This document shows, in pieces, positions 37,967 to 48,833 of a stretch of 64,000 nt of DNA (position 1 is its first letter; each line of letters starts with the position of its first letter). Made by a program: the position numbers and the translations under genes. The notes below the pieces were generated by a model. It was not told where the DNA came from and made no database searches. It worked only from the letters and a program-made list of their open reading frames with translations. Origin of the DNA: Oculina patagonica (taxonomy: Eukaryota); the NCBI RefSeq assembly GCF_052425735.1, contig NC_135768.1, positions 496,001 through 560,000 on the forward strand, in the 5' to 3' direction.

Positions 37967-40900
37967 CTTGAGCGTCTAACGATCTTGTTCAGTTGTGTCC
38001 ACAGTTAGATGTAATAACTGAAGAATCTTAATTCGCCTACATAAATCGGTGCCTCGCATGTGATTATTATCGTCATGTATAACAATGGATTATGCGGCCA
38101 TATTAACAGTGACCACTAAAAATAAATCATTTTTGTTTGCAGTCTGCACGTCTGCATATGCTTAAGCAGTGAACAATAAACCGAGCACGGTTATCTAACA
38201 ACTTCTAATTAGTTCAAATCCTGGGCTGGCATACCTAGAAGAGGGCTGTTCCCGCCCCCACACAAAGCCAGTGAAATTACTACTTCGAGTTTAATCCCTC
38301 GGACAGTGGTTTGTTGATGAAGAAGCTTGCGGGTAAATATGCTATCAAAATGTGTACTTATTACTTAAAAGACTTGTGTTTCTTTTGGTCATTTAGACGT
38401 TCCTTTCGCGATTTGCAGTTCGTAGTTGCAAGATTTCTGCCGTGACCGCGTATTGAAAAGTTGACTCGGTATTTTAGTATTCTCTTTGATTTTCCTTCTT
38501 TTAATTAATTTGGGTTCTTTAAAGAACTTGTTGACAATGAGAAAATTACGTGACTTTGTGAACGATGAGTTTTACCACATCCTTGTGAGAGCACTGAAGC
38601 CGTAAAGAAAAGAAAAGACACATACTGCAATCGAGGACAACCTAACGTTTCCCCGAACACAACATGCGTTTATAATTGAAGGTTTTTTTAAGAGGCGTGA
38701 ACGCTATTCACCAAGAGAGCCCTCATTTTCTCTTGTATTCACTTATTAAAGTGATACCCTCTTCATATTTCAAAGGAAGCAATTTGTACGGCTTTGCCTT
38801 CGCCAAGGTCCTTCAAAGCTTCAAATTAAGAAACAGCGAAAAAAGCAATTTACAATCAATAGTCTTGCACAAATTAAGTGATTAAGACTTCAATAGGAAT
38901 AAGAAAGAAATTACTTGTGTCACTGCCCATGAATAGAAACAACAGAGGCCGCCTAGTTTCGCAAATTTTTCAGTCAATTAACCTTGTTCGGAAACGGCTT
39001 TTCCAGTGTGGTTTTACGAACGTTGCGCCTAAGACGAACGTGAGCCGTAAAAATGTTCTTCAGTCCACGCGTTTGGCGTTTTTAAAGCGTGCAGAGGGTA
39101 ACATATTTACCTCGTTACTTGACTAAGGTTCACAAAAGGTGTTTATGTGTTTGTTTTGGTTTTCGCTTTGTTGTTATAACGGTTAAACGATAAAGCTGAA
39201 GAGCCTTAAGATGACATAATCTTACCAATAAAACTCGTAGATGTCTCGCAAGGATTAGGACTAATAAAGACAGCTACAAATATAATCATTTCTCATTGTA
39301 CTGTGGAATTTGTGTTTAATTACTGAAATGAGGCACTCCTGGAAACGGGCAAAGATTTCCTGTTACCACGACTCGCTTTTATTCAGCAAAATAGCGTGCC
39401 AAATGAAATGTTTAGCAAACAAATTCTCAAAGATTGACTCATTTCCAAATTATCTTTTTCATTTACTTGTTTAGTGTTGCGTTTTATTTCGGAAATGATG
39501 GCAAACTGCTACGTAATTTTCCGAAACCCACGAAATTTTGCTCGAATTCGGGACGTGCCTACACATTTAATTCGTGTTAGCGGCCGAACGTAACAAATAT
39601 TTCAAGAAAACAGAAATATGAATTACAGAATGACAATGAGACACGTAGCTTTTATTACAACACAATGAGCGGTCCCTGAAGGCAAATTTTCTATTCATTG
39701 CTGGTTGAAAAATAATTGAGCCATACAATTAGCTTTTGTTTTTTTATGAAGTTACGGTAGTCTTTCTTTAGGCCGCTTTCTTCAAAGAAAGTTTCAGTTC
39801 ACGTTCTAAACGACGTTAAAAGAAACTTCCTACGGAGCAGGCATGACTTATCATGAAAACAACTTTTTCCTGTAAGTTAGTTTCTTTTGTTGGTTGCTAT
39901 TTGTTCTTAGCATCACGGGATTAAGAGTGTGAAACGTAACGGATCCACGTGGTTTGTTAGCCAGCGCTGAACGTTTTGGTTTCAGCTGAATGCTCTGTTT
40001 TGATAAGGCGTTTCCGCTTTGGCTTTACAATTAATTGCCGACACTGTCCACCTCGACGATTAACCGAAAACCTCAGCCATTTATAACGCTATCAAAAAGG
40101 AATGAAACAAAAAGGAGGTCGCGTAGAACTCTAATAAGTAGGTCAAGCACTGGGGGACTGGGAATTGTTACAAATCATATCAAAGGCAAATTGATGTGGC
40201 CTTTAAGACGACTTCATTTAGAGGCAGTTTATCCGTATGCCTTATTAACCAAGCGGGAGGGCTGGACTGCAATATTTAAACACGAATGCCTGAGGTCATG
40301 AAGAAATGGTGATCTTAGCGGAGTCCATTTAGATACATCAGAAACAAGTAACCAGTTTGGTCTAATTTAGTCTTTCTTTGTATGCAGCAACAGTAATTGA
40401 GGATTTTAAACGTAACATGAACTATACAATTTATAACAATTTCTTAAGTGGTTTATGCTTTTTTGCAAATCATGGCAATGCAACCAACGAAGCCGACTGA
40501 ACCGGTGGCATGCATGTCAAATGATTTCAATTTATCCAGTTAAGCAAGTATCAGAAATGTTTTACAACAGTTTTTCCAACAATAATCAGGCATTTTCTTG
40601 TCGTGTTCTACCAAAAAAGGGTTTCCGATTAGGAAGGACGTAGCTCGCGAACGGAAGGGAATCACGCTGTTGAGAACATGCAGCTAACAATCAGTCAAAT
40701 GCACGACTGCACGAGTGACCATTAAACACTGCTTCGATATTCTTATGCGAACCACGAAACTTTGAAATCGTCGTTAACATTTTTTTTTTCACTAAGAATT
40801 TTCATTACATGAAAAAACTTTGTACTGCCTATTTGCATTGTATATATTGTTCTAATCTGAAGCATACAAAATGAAAAAAAAATAATTTACACATATAGAT

Positions 40901-41028
40901 CTAAACCTGGTAATAAACTTGATTACTCCCTAATGTTTTGTTTTGATTGTTTGTGACTGATAAACACTATTGTAGTTTATTTCACGGGTCACACAAGTAA
41001 CTAACATAGTCAGTGGGGATGGGGGGGG

Positions 41029-41075
<47 letters not shown>

Positions 41076-43229
41076 AGGGATATGGACCCTGCCCCTCAAT
41101 CTGACACGGACATTGCTTATGGCCGAACTACGTTACTGATCTCAGGCCTGAAAGATTCGAAGTCTGTAGGTAATGGATGGTTCGATTTCTGCCGCTCTCT
41201 CGAGTCAAGTCTTTGCTGGTTTTACCCACTGGGAAGAGACATTCTCAAGGGAGAAACACAATCGCATTTCCTTTACAGCAGCTGGTGATGGATCTGAGCC
41301 CAATGGGGGGTCAAGAATCAAGTAAGTATAATTAAAAAAAGAAGAAGAAAGAACTATTTTTTTACTCACACCGTGGTCACAATGCAAAAGGGTTAACAAT
41401 ATGATGAAACACTATGCCTGGGATATTAGGTTCAACCTGACTGAAACTGTGCTACCTAAAGTTGGAACAGAGTCCTCATAGCAGCTATTCCCTTTTCCAA
41501 AGCACAAGAGGCAGGGGATAGGGCGGGAAACGCAGCGCCCCTCTCCACCTCCCTCCCCTCCCCCCTCCCCCCCCCCAAACAAAGAAAAAATGACGAGGGG
41601 GGAGAGGGGAGGAGACGTGGCAGGATTTTCCGCCATATTGTTTTTACACAAAATTGTACAGCGTGTATCCTATAGCTAAGTGTAAAACTATAAATACACA
41701 GCAACGTAAAGACGTTGACAGACAGACTAGGCGATGGTTAGTTCCTTGAATCGCTTCCGGGAAAGGCAGATAGACACATGAAGGTAGGTTTTTTTGTTTC
41801 TGTGAACGTAGGTCAAAATGATGTTGACACCTACCCGGGAACTTACCGGAATTCGATCCAAAGCGGCTGTTGTCCAAAGAAGGATTCCAAGCTGGCTTAG
41901 ATCCCGGCTTAGATTTGCTGGATTCGTTCGCAGAGCGTGACTTGGATTATGTTTCGAGCTCCAAAAGACAAATTACAGGTTCCTGTTTTCGATCTTCATC
42001 TGCAGTCTGGCGACAAGTATCCAGAACGGGAGGCACGTGGACGGCTGGTCTGACGTTTTGCCGTGAGTCAGGTCTTACAGGCCAAGTACGAGAGGTCATA
42101 CGTAAACCCCAAAGTCAAGGATGGTACCTTTGTTTGTCCTATCAGTGGCTTGAGCGCCAGCACACAAAAGTTAAGATAAGAGAGCTAAAAACAGAAAGAT
42201 AGACGAGCCGAATTAAATTCAGTCAATCGAACGGCGAACGAAAGTTATACCGTCTCGAATTACTGCAACAAATCAATCATCGCTTCGGATGTACCCGCGT
42301 AGGGTCCTGGGGCTAGTTAACAACCAATCTTCTAGGAGGGAATATCAAAGGTGAAAGGGGGGGGGGGGGGGGGGGTTAGAGCGCGAAGCCTCCCGTTTCC
42401 TGCTTCCATCTTTTCACTTCCTTTGAGCACCAAAATAACACAAGTGCAAGTCCGTGCTTTTAACTTGTTCAGGAGATCGATTCAAGAAATGTTTCTGAAC
42501 TGCCAATCGAGATCATTATAAAACATAAAGGTTGTTTGCCCGTCAAGAAATGACAGAAGTTACACTATTTAAAGTCTGTTCTAAGCGTTAGCTGTGTAGC
42601 AGCCCGAAGAAGGGCGAATGAACTAAATCAAAGGGTCCGGTTTTCAAGCAACCTGGTGGTAATTCGATGAAGTGCCGTTCTTCAAGTTTGCATTTTTTTT
42701 CCCAAATAAGCATTCAATTCATGTTTCAATTATGTAACAATCTCATGAATGTTTTTTTCTTCTTTTTATTGGAGTTGCGCCAATTTCGAGTCATGATCAA
42801 TGGGCCATTAATGGTCCGTACATTTTATAGGCTTCGTAGCGTGAATTGAAACTGAGGTTACAACTAACCGAACGCCTGGAACCGGGCTACACCATTGAAC
42901 AACAATACAACACTGCGATTGAATTAATGGAATAAACACCTAAGGAAGACCTTTTTACGGATCACAAAACCAAGAAGACTGCACTGAAACAATCAGCATT
43001 TTAGCGGAGTTTTAAAACCGCTCGCAAGCTCGCACGTCACACATCCACACAAAGGAAAAAAAAAGACTGTTATGCAGTCTCAAACGAAAACAATTGTATT
43101 CTTACGTCGTAAACTTGTTTACATGTATACCTTTGATAAATCGAAGCCGCGGCTTGTTATACTTACTAATTCCAGGAGGGCCAAGCAATGAGTATAGCGT
43201 TCAGTTCGTGACGGTCAAAAGCCAGGTTT

Positions 43230-44169
43230 ATGGATGGTGTACACCGCACCAGCTACGTCATAAAGTATAATATAAACTATTACATTTAATCTAATTAACT
43301 TAGAAGTAAAAATAACACCGCACCAGCTACGTCATACAGTATAATATAAACTATTACATTAAATTTAATTAACTTAGAAGTAAAAATAACTAAGAAATAA
43401 AAACGATGACACAGTGACACCACACAAATAAGTCATTAGTAGAACAGAGTGGAACAGTGTCACAGTGGAACAAAGTGGAACAGTGACACAGTGGAACAGA
43501 GAGGAACAGTGTCACAGTGGAACAGAGAGGAACAGTGTCACAGTGGAACAGAGAGGAACAGTGTCACAGTGGAACATAGTGGAACAGTGGCACAGTGGAA
43601 CAAAGTGGAACACTCTGTTCCACTCTGTTCCACTCTGTGCCACTGTTCCACTCGGTTCCACTCTGTGCCACTGTTCCACTCTGTTCCACTGTGCCACTGT
43701 TCCACTCTGTTCCACTGTGCCACTGTTCCACTCTGTTCCACTGTGCCACTGTTCCACTCTGTTCCACTGTGTCACTGTGCCACCGTTTCACTGTGCCACT
43801 GTTCCACTCTGTTCCACTGTACCACTTTGTTCCACTGTGCCACTGTGCCACTGTGCCACTGTGCCACTGTTCCACTTTGCTCCACTCTGCCACTATTCCA
43901 CTCTGTTCCACTGTGCCACTGTTCCACTCTGTTTCACTCTGTTCCACTCTGTTCCACTGTGCCACTGTGCCACTCTGTTCCACTGTGCCACTGTTCCACT
44001 TTGCCCCACTCTGCCACTGTTCCACTCTGTTCCACTGTGCATGTTTTCTACATTACCCTCGTGTTCTCAATATTTTATTAAGTAATTACTTTATTAACCA
44101 TACTATTTAATTATTTTATTAAGTAATTGCTTATGTTATGACGTAGCTGGTGCGGTGTACACCATCCAT
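43230..44169. mobile_element. Foldback-type element: ~34-bp TIRs around an inverted 8/10-bp minisatellite
   Basis: TIR ATGGATGGTGTACACCGCACCAGCTACGTCATAA; (CAGTGGAA/CAGAGTGGAA/CAGTGGCA)n at 43441-43612, then the reverse complement at 43613-44040. Confidence 0.85.
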
Positions 44170-45330
44170 CATCCAAAAGCGAACACCATGCCAGTGATTA
44201 ACTCACCATCTGGTAGCTACTGCAATTTCTTCGTCGCTCTTCACTTCGTTTAAACACACTTTCTCTGGTCTTGATTAGGGACGAATTTCACGTGAATTCC
44301 CTTTGACGACTAAAACCCCAGCGCCAAATTTAACTTAAGTGTTTTGCATCACAATTATTTCAATCGTTTGGTGGAATTTTCCAAGATATACGCGACTATT
44401 AGAGGATTTTACGGGGAATGTTTTCAAAGACAATTCTGTCACGCCAGCATTCACTCAGAACTCACGTGTTTCATTCAGCTTGTGCGGTGAACACTGCGCC
44501 ACTGTTTTTCCCGCCTTTTCCACAAGCAACCCGCTCTGTATACGAGGGCCATGGAAGCAAAAACTAAAATGACTTCGAACTGTCTCCAGAAAAACCTTCA
44601 CAGACATGTACTTCTTTTCCAAACACTGCATTTAGAACATATTCCGTGCATTTTCATACATTTCAACGATTAAAATTCGTATTCAAAACCTGGGCCACTT
44701 TCGCCTTTTCTTGCAATCGATAAAATGTCTACCTCATCCAGCGATTCCAGCCGGTTTATGATCATTAATTAAATCCTCCCCGTCTCCCACCCCCGGCATG
44801 ATAGTGAAAACCAGAAATGTCTATTTTTTATGTTTTTCCAGTGAGTACGACTTTTAACTAATCGAAGTGTTGTCTATTGTATTGGGTATAACGGCATGTA
44901 ATGCGTGCAAACGATGTAGCTACTCCGGCCTTAGCACGTACCTGCTTATGATAATAGACAATATTAACGCCAAATGTGAGACCACTTTTGAGATAACTTT
45001 TGCTTTAATAGAAACAAAATGATGTTTTTTTTCTTATCTTCGCTTTTCGTATCTTCCTGAAGAAACGCGTGGTTCCGTGAAGTCCCCCCCCCCCCCTCCC
45101 AACAATATGGTGCTATCGAACAGGCATGAAGTTGAAGCTGCGGCCATTATCGCTTTTTTCAGTCTTCCATAAACGAAAAAAAAAGAAGAAAAAGAAGTGT
45201 AGGTAACTGGTAGCCTGCGCTGCAGTCGGACGTGTTTAGACTGCCTGCGACGCAGGCTAGTTCCGACAAAACTGAGCGACAAGCTACACAATCAATTTTT
45301 CGTATTTTTGTCACGCGCAATTCTTATGTA

Positions 45331-45628
45331 TGGGAGGCGCGGTGGCCTAATGGTTAGCGCGCTCGACTCCGAGTCGAACGGCCCGGGTTCGAGTCCTGGC
45401 CGGGGCGCCGCGTTGTGTTCTTGGGCAAGACACTTTACTCTCACAGTGCCTCTCTCCACCCAGGTGTATAAATGGGTACCGGCGAATTTACTGCTGGGGG
45501 TAATCCCTGCGATGGACTAGCATCCCATCCAGGGGGGAGTAGCAATACTTTCAGTCGCTTAATGCTACGAAAACCGGGATAAGCTCCGGCTGTATGGGCC
45601 ACTTGGCTCGGACACAGACTTTACCTTA
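45331..45628 (+). mobile_element. Full-length tRNA-derived CORE-like SINE
   Basis: A box TGGCCTAATGG, B box GTTCGAGTCC, CORE-like TTGGGCAAGACACTTTACTCTC..GTGCCTC..TAAATGGG, (TTACC) tail, possible TSD CTTATGT. Confidence 0.88.
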
Positions 45629-45721
45629 TGTGAATGTGACAAATATATTCGATTGTGTAGATGGCACAACAATTATTTGTGAACAGTGCCCAGTGGGAGA
45701 TTGGGGACCACCAATACTGTC

Positions 45722-46042
45722 GAGGGGTCATGAGTGGTCCCTCAAATTTTGCAATACTCGCAAAATTTAAAGCTTCTGCTCGCAATGCTCCCAAATTTCA
45801 GTGGGTGCTCGTTTGCTCGTGCTCGCACATTTTTACAATCGATTACAAGTGCTCACATGCTAGGTTTTTGGTGGAGATAGCTTTTTTGAAAAGTGCTTGT
45901 TGCTCGCAAGGCTAACTTTTGTCAATGCTCATGCTCGCAAGCGCCGTAGTTTCGAGGCGGTGTGGGAAAGGGAAGGGGGGGGGGGGGCCGCGGGAGAAAA
46001 ACGCTGAGCTCGCATGCTCGCAAAGACCATTCGATACCCCTC
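45722..46042. mobile_element. GAG-terminus MITE with 4-bp TSD (Sola2-like)
   Basis: TGTC|GAGGGGTC..TGGTC ... GACCATTCGATACCCCTC|TGTC; many internal TGCTCGC motifs. Confidence 0.7.
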
Positions 46043-46740
46043 TGTCGCAATATTTGCCTCATTTAGGGACGAGTCGTCTACACGAGCAATATGTCGTATG
46101 TGACAACTTTTTTTGTATTTGTCACTTGAAAGCTAACACGCCAGCTTCTCAGCAAATACATAAAAATTGGCCAATTTTCCTCGTCACACAAGTAAATAAA
46201 CATTTTCACATTAAAATTGTCACATATAAATTTTCGTGTGGAAGACGCTTTAGTTATTAGTCAATGAATGATTAACCTCTATTGTCTCTTCTCAATAATT
46301 ATAAAATAAAAAGCAACTAGAATAAAGAAATTCATCAAATTCATTGTTATCATTAAAGAAAACATTCGGCAGCATTAATCTTTTCTATCTATTTTTTATC
46401 TATAAAATAATGGAAAAAATTAAAAATAGAAATGGTTTGAACAAATATTGGACAATCACTAATAAAGAAAAACCTGAGAAAAATTAATGTTTCAAGCTCA
46501 GAGCGAGGAAAACTGAGGAACTGTTTTCATCAATTGAAAGTAGCTATTGCCGGCATGGCCCATTATGACATTGAATTATACCCTACTTTTAGGTGGTTAC
46601 AAAGATCAAAAGAGCAAAGCTCAAGACATTCATTCAAAAAAATACGCTGTTCCAAATCGACTAAAACGTTTCTTACATGCTGCCTTGGAGTCAAACGGCA
46701 GTAGTAGACACGCAGTTCGGATAATTAAATTCTATGCAGG

Positions 46741-46913
46741 CAGCGCCGTAGCTAGGCAAAACTTCTTACTGAAGCAATAAAAAAAGCACTTCTTTCATTT
46801 TAAAAAAAAATTAATTTTTCGCCTCTTACAGGATCCTGAAAAAAAAAACAAATAAAATTTAATTTTTTTCCGAGGAAAGAGCCTCGGTTCGCCTGTTACA
46901 AGCGACGGCCCTG
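46741..46913. mobile_element. Short CAG-terminus MITE
   Basis: CAGCGCCGTAGCT / AGCGACGGCCCTG, with GCAGG direct repeat on both flanks. Confidence 0.6.
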
Positions 46914-47363
46914 GCAGGTGTTATAAATAAACATTTATTAGCCTAACAATGACTCGATCAATCAACAATTGTGACATACTGTGATCTGAAGACAGCAATG
47001 GTTTAAACGATCCAATTCTGAACAACGTTGTTTTTCTCGAGTCACGGATCTACCATCAACGACAGGTGCTTAAATTTAAAGACTTATTTAGCGAAACGCC
47101 GCGCAGTCGTGACAAGACTTGAAGCTTACTGAATATTGATTTGGGAAAATACGATTGTTGCCGCCTGTTTGACAGGTCTGATACGTGCTCCATAGCGAAA
47201 AGAGAGGGAGATGTCGCGTGATAAACGGCAAACTGAAACGGCGGAAATTAAGGTTATCATAGCTTAATGAGTATATCATGCAAAGCATTCATAATCGCTG
47301 AAGTTCGCAGACGTACTTCCCTTCAAAGCAGGTGTGTTGGCGATGAATGAAACTAAAACACAG

Positions 47364-47820
47364 TGAGTCTTTTCAAGCGAGTGTTTTGGTGAATAACGAC
47401 GTACGGTGGTTTAACTAAGACATTTGGGCTTCTCTGAGTTAACTGCAAATATTCAAAGGAGTGCTATTCACTAGAACACTTAAATCGTCGCATATTCATA
47501 TTGGATTTTTTTGCGCGATGAGTCTTTTGAGCGAGTGTTTTGGTGAATAGCGACGTACGCTGGTTTAACTAAGACATCCGAGCTTCTCTGAGTTAACTGC
47601 AAATATTCAAAGAAGTGCTATTCACTAGAACACTTAAATCGTCGCATATTCATATTGGAATTTTTTGCCCGATGAGTCTTTTGAGCGAGTGTTTTGGTGA
47701 ATAACAACGCTGGTGGTTTAACTAAGACATCCGAGCTTCTCTGAGTGAACTGCAAATATTCAAAGGAGGGCTATTCGCTAGAACACTTAAACCGTCGCAT
47801 ATTCATATTGGGAATTTTTT
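47364..47820. repeat. Tandem repeat, 3 x ~155 bp
   Basis: Units start at 47364, 47519 and 47673 (TGAGTCTTT..GCGAGTGTTTTGGTGAATA..CATATTCATATTGG). Confidence 0.95.
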
Positions 47821-47888
47821 GAAAAAGAAACATTTATTCAAAGCTCACACACAAAAAAAAAATCAACAACTTAAACGACTTTGGGAGG

Positions 47889-48833
47889 ATGAGCGATTCA
47901 GCATTCAATATCTGTGCTGTTGCCTTACACATCTTCTTATTCATCGCAACTTGGTTTGGAAACTGCCTAGTCTGCGCTGCTATATGGCGGGTTAGAGTTC
48001 TGCGAACAGTATCCAACATGGTTATCTTTAGTTTAGCCCTTGCCGATTTGCTTATGACAGTTGTGTTCATGTTTCGAATCATCCATCTTTCAAGTGGCGA
48101 GGAGTTCCCAATGGCGTGTCATGCAATTTCTGAAATTGCGTTCAACTCTATATGTGTGATAATTTTACATTTGACCGCCATTAGCGTCGATCGATTCATC
48201 GCGATTAAATTTCCACTTCGCTACAAAACTACAGTAACTCGTCGCCGTATGAAGATAACACTGGTCCTCATCTGGCTGTTACCTCTCATAGGTACTGTTA
48301 TTTTCCCTCATTCGCTCCCCAAAGAAGTTTACGAAGATTTTGTTGATTATTACGATTCATTTCATTTGTGCATTACTTCCCACCATCACCAGTTTCAAAA
48401 CACTTCGAAAATCTTCGCTACATTTATTATTGTGCTTTACATCGTACTACCGTGTGTTGTGACTCTCGGTAGCTATATTTACATCGTTAAAGTGTCACGT
48501 GACCAACAGTTGCGACTTGAGAACCAAGCTCACTTGGAAAGAGAAACGATGAGAAAACTCGAAATTAAAGTGGCGGTGACTTATGGTATAATTATTGGTG
48601 CGTTTATGATCTGTTTCCTACCGCTCTTGACTGGAACTCTGTACCAGCAGTTTAAGGAAGAGGAGCGAGAAAACATGACTCGGACCATGCAGATTTTGTC
48701 GATGGTTGCGTCCATCAGCGCCTGCGTTAATCCAGCGGTTTATACTTGGAGAAACAAGGAATTCAGGAAAGCGTTCAAGAAAATGCTTACGAGAAATCAG
48801 GAAGAGATTAACAACCAACCTAGTAGTTTGTAA
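47889..48833 (+). CDS. Class A GPCR (aminergic/adenosine-like orphan); may have a short upstream coding exon
   Basis: GN (TM1), LALAD (TM2), DRF (TM3), FMICFLP (TM6), NPAVY (TM7), EFRKAF helix 8. Confidence 0.92.
   Translation: MSDSAFNICAVALHIFLFIATWFGNCLVCAAIWRVRVLRTVSNMVIFSLALADLLMTVVFMFRIIHLSSGEEFPMACHAISEIAFNSICVIILHLTAISVDRFIAIKFPLRYKTTVTRRRMKITLVLIWLLPLIGTVIFPHSLPKEVYEDFVDYYDSFHLCITSHHHQFQNTSKIFATFIIVLYIVLPCVVTLGSYIYIVKVSRDQQLRLENQAHLERETMRKLEIKVAVTYGIIIGAFMICFLPLLTGTLYQQFKEEERENMTRTMQILSMVASISACVNPAVYTWRNKEFRKAFKKMLTRNQEEINNQPSSL

Noticed and set aside
38760-40190. TCF/LEF site cluster (WWCAAAG) upstream of Wnt1
   Set aside because: About four hits in 1.4 kb of AT-rich DNA is not clearly above background without conservation data
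43441-44040. CRISPR-like array
   Set aside because: No unique spacers, eukaryotic context, no cas genes
43449-44110. Six overlapping Cys/His-rich ORFs (up to 210 aa)
   Set aside because: Translation of a stop-free minisatellite in multiple frames on both strands; not a gene
45331-45405. tRNA gene
   Set aside because: Continues into a SINE body and tail; no acceptor stem closure
47364-47820. CRISPR or ncRNA array
   Set aside because: Whole units are repeated with no spacers; no recognisable snRNA/5S motifs
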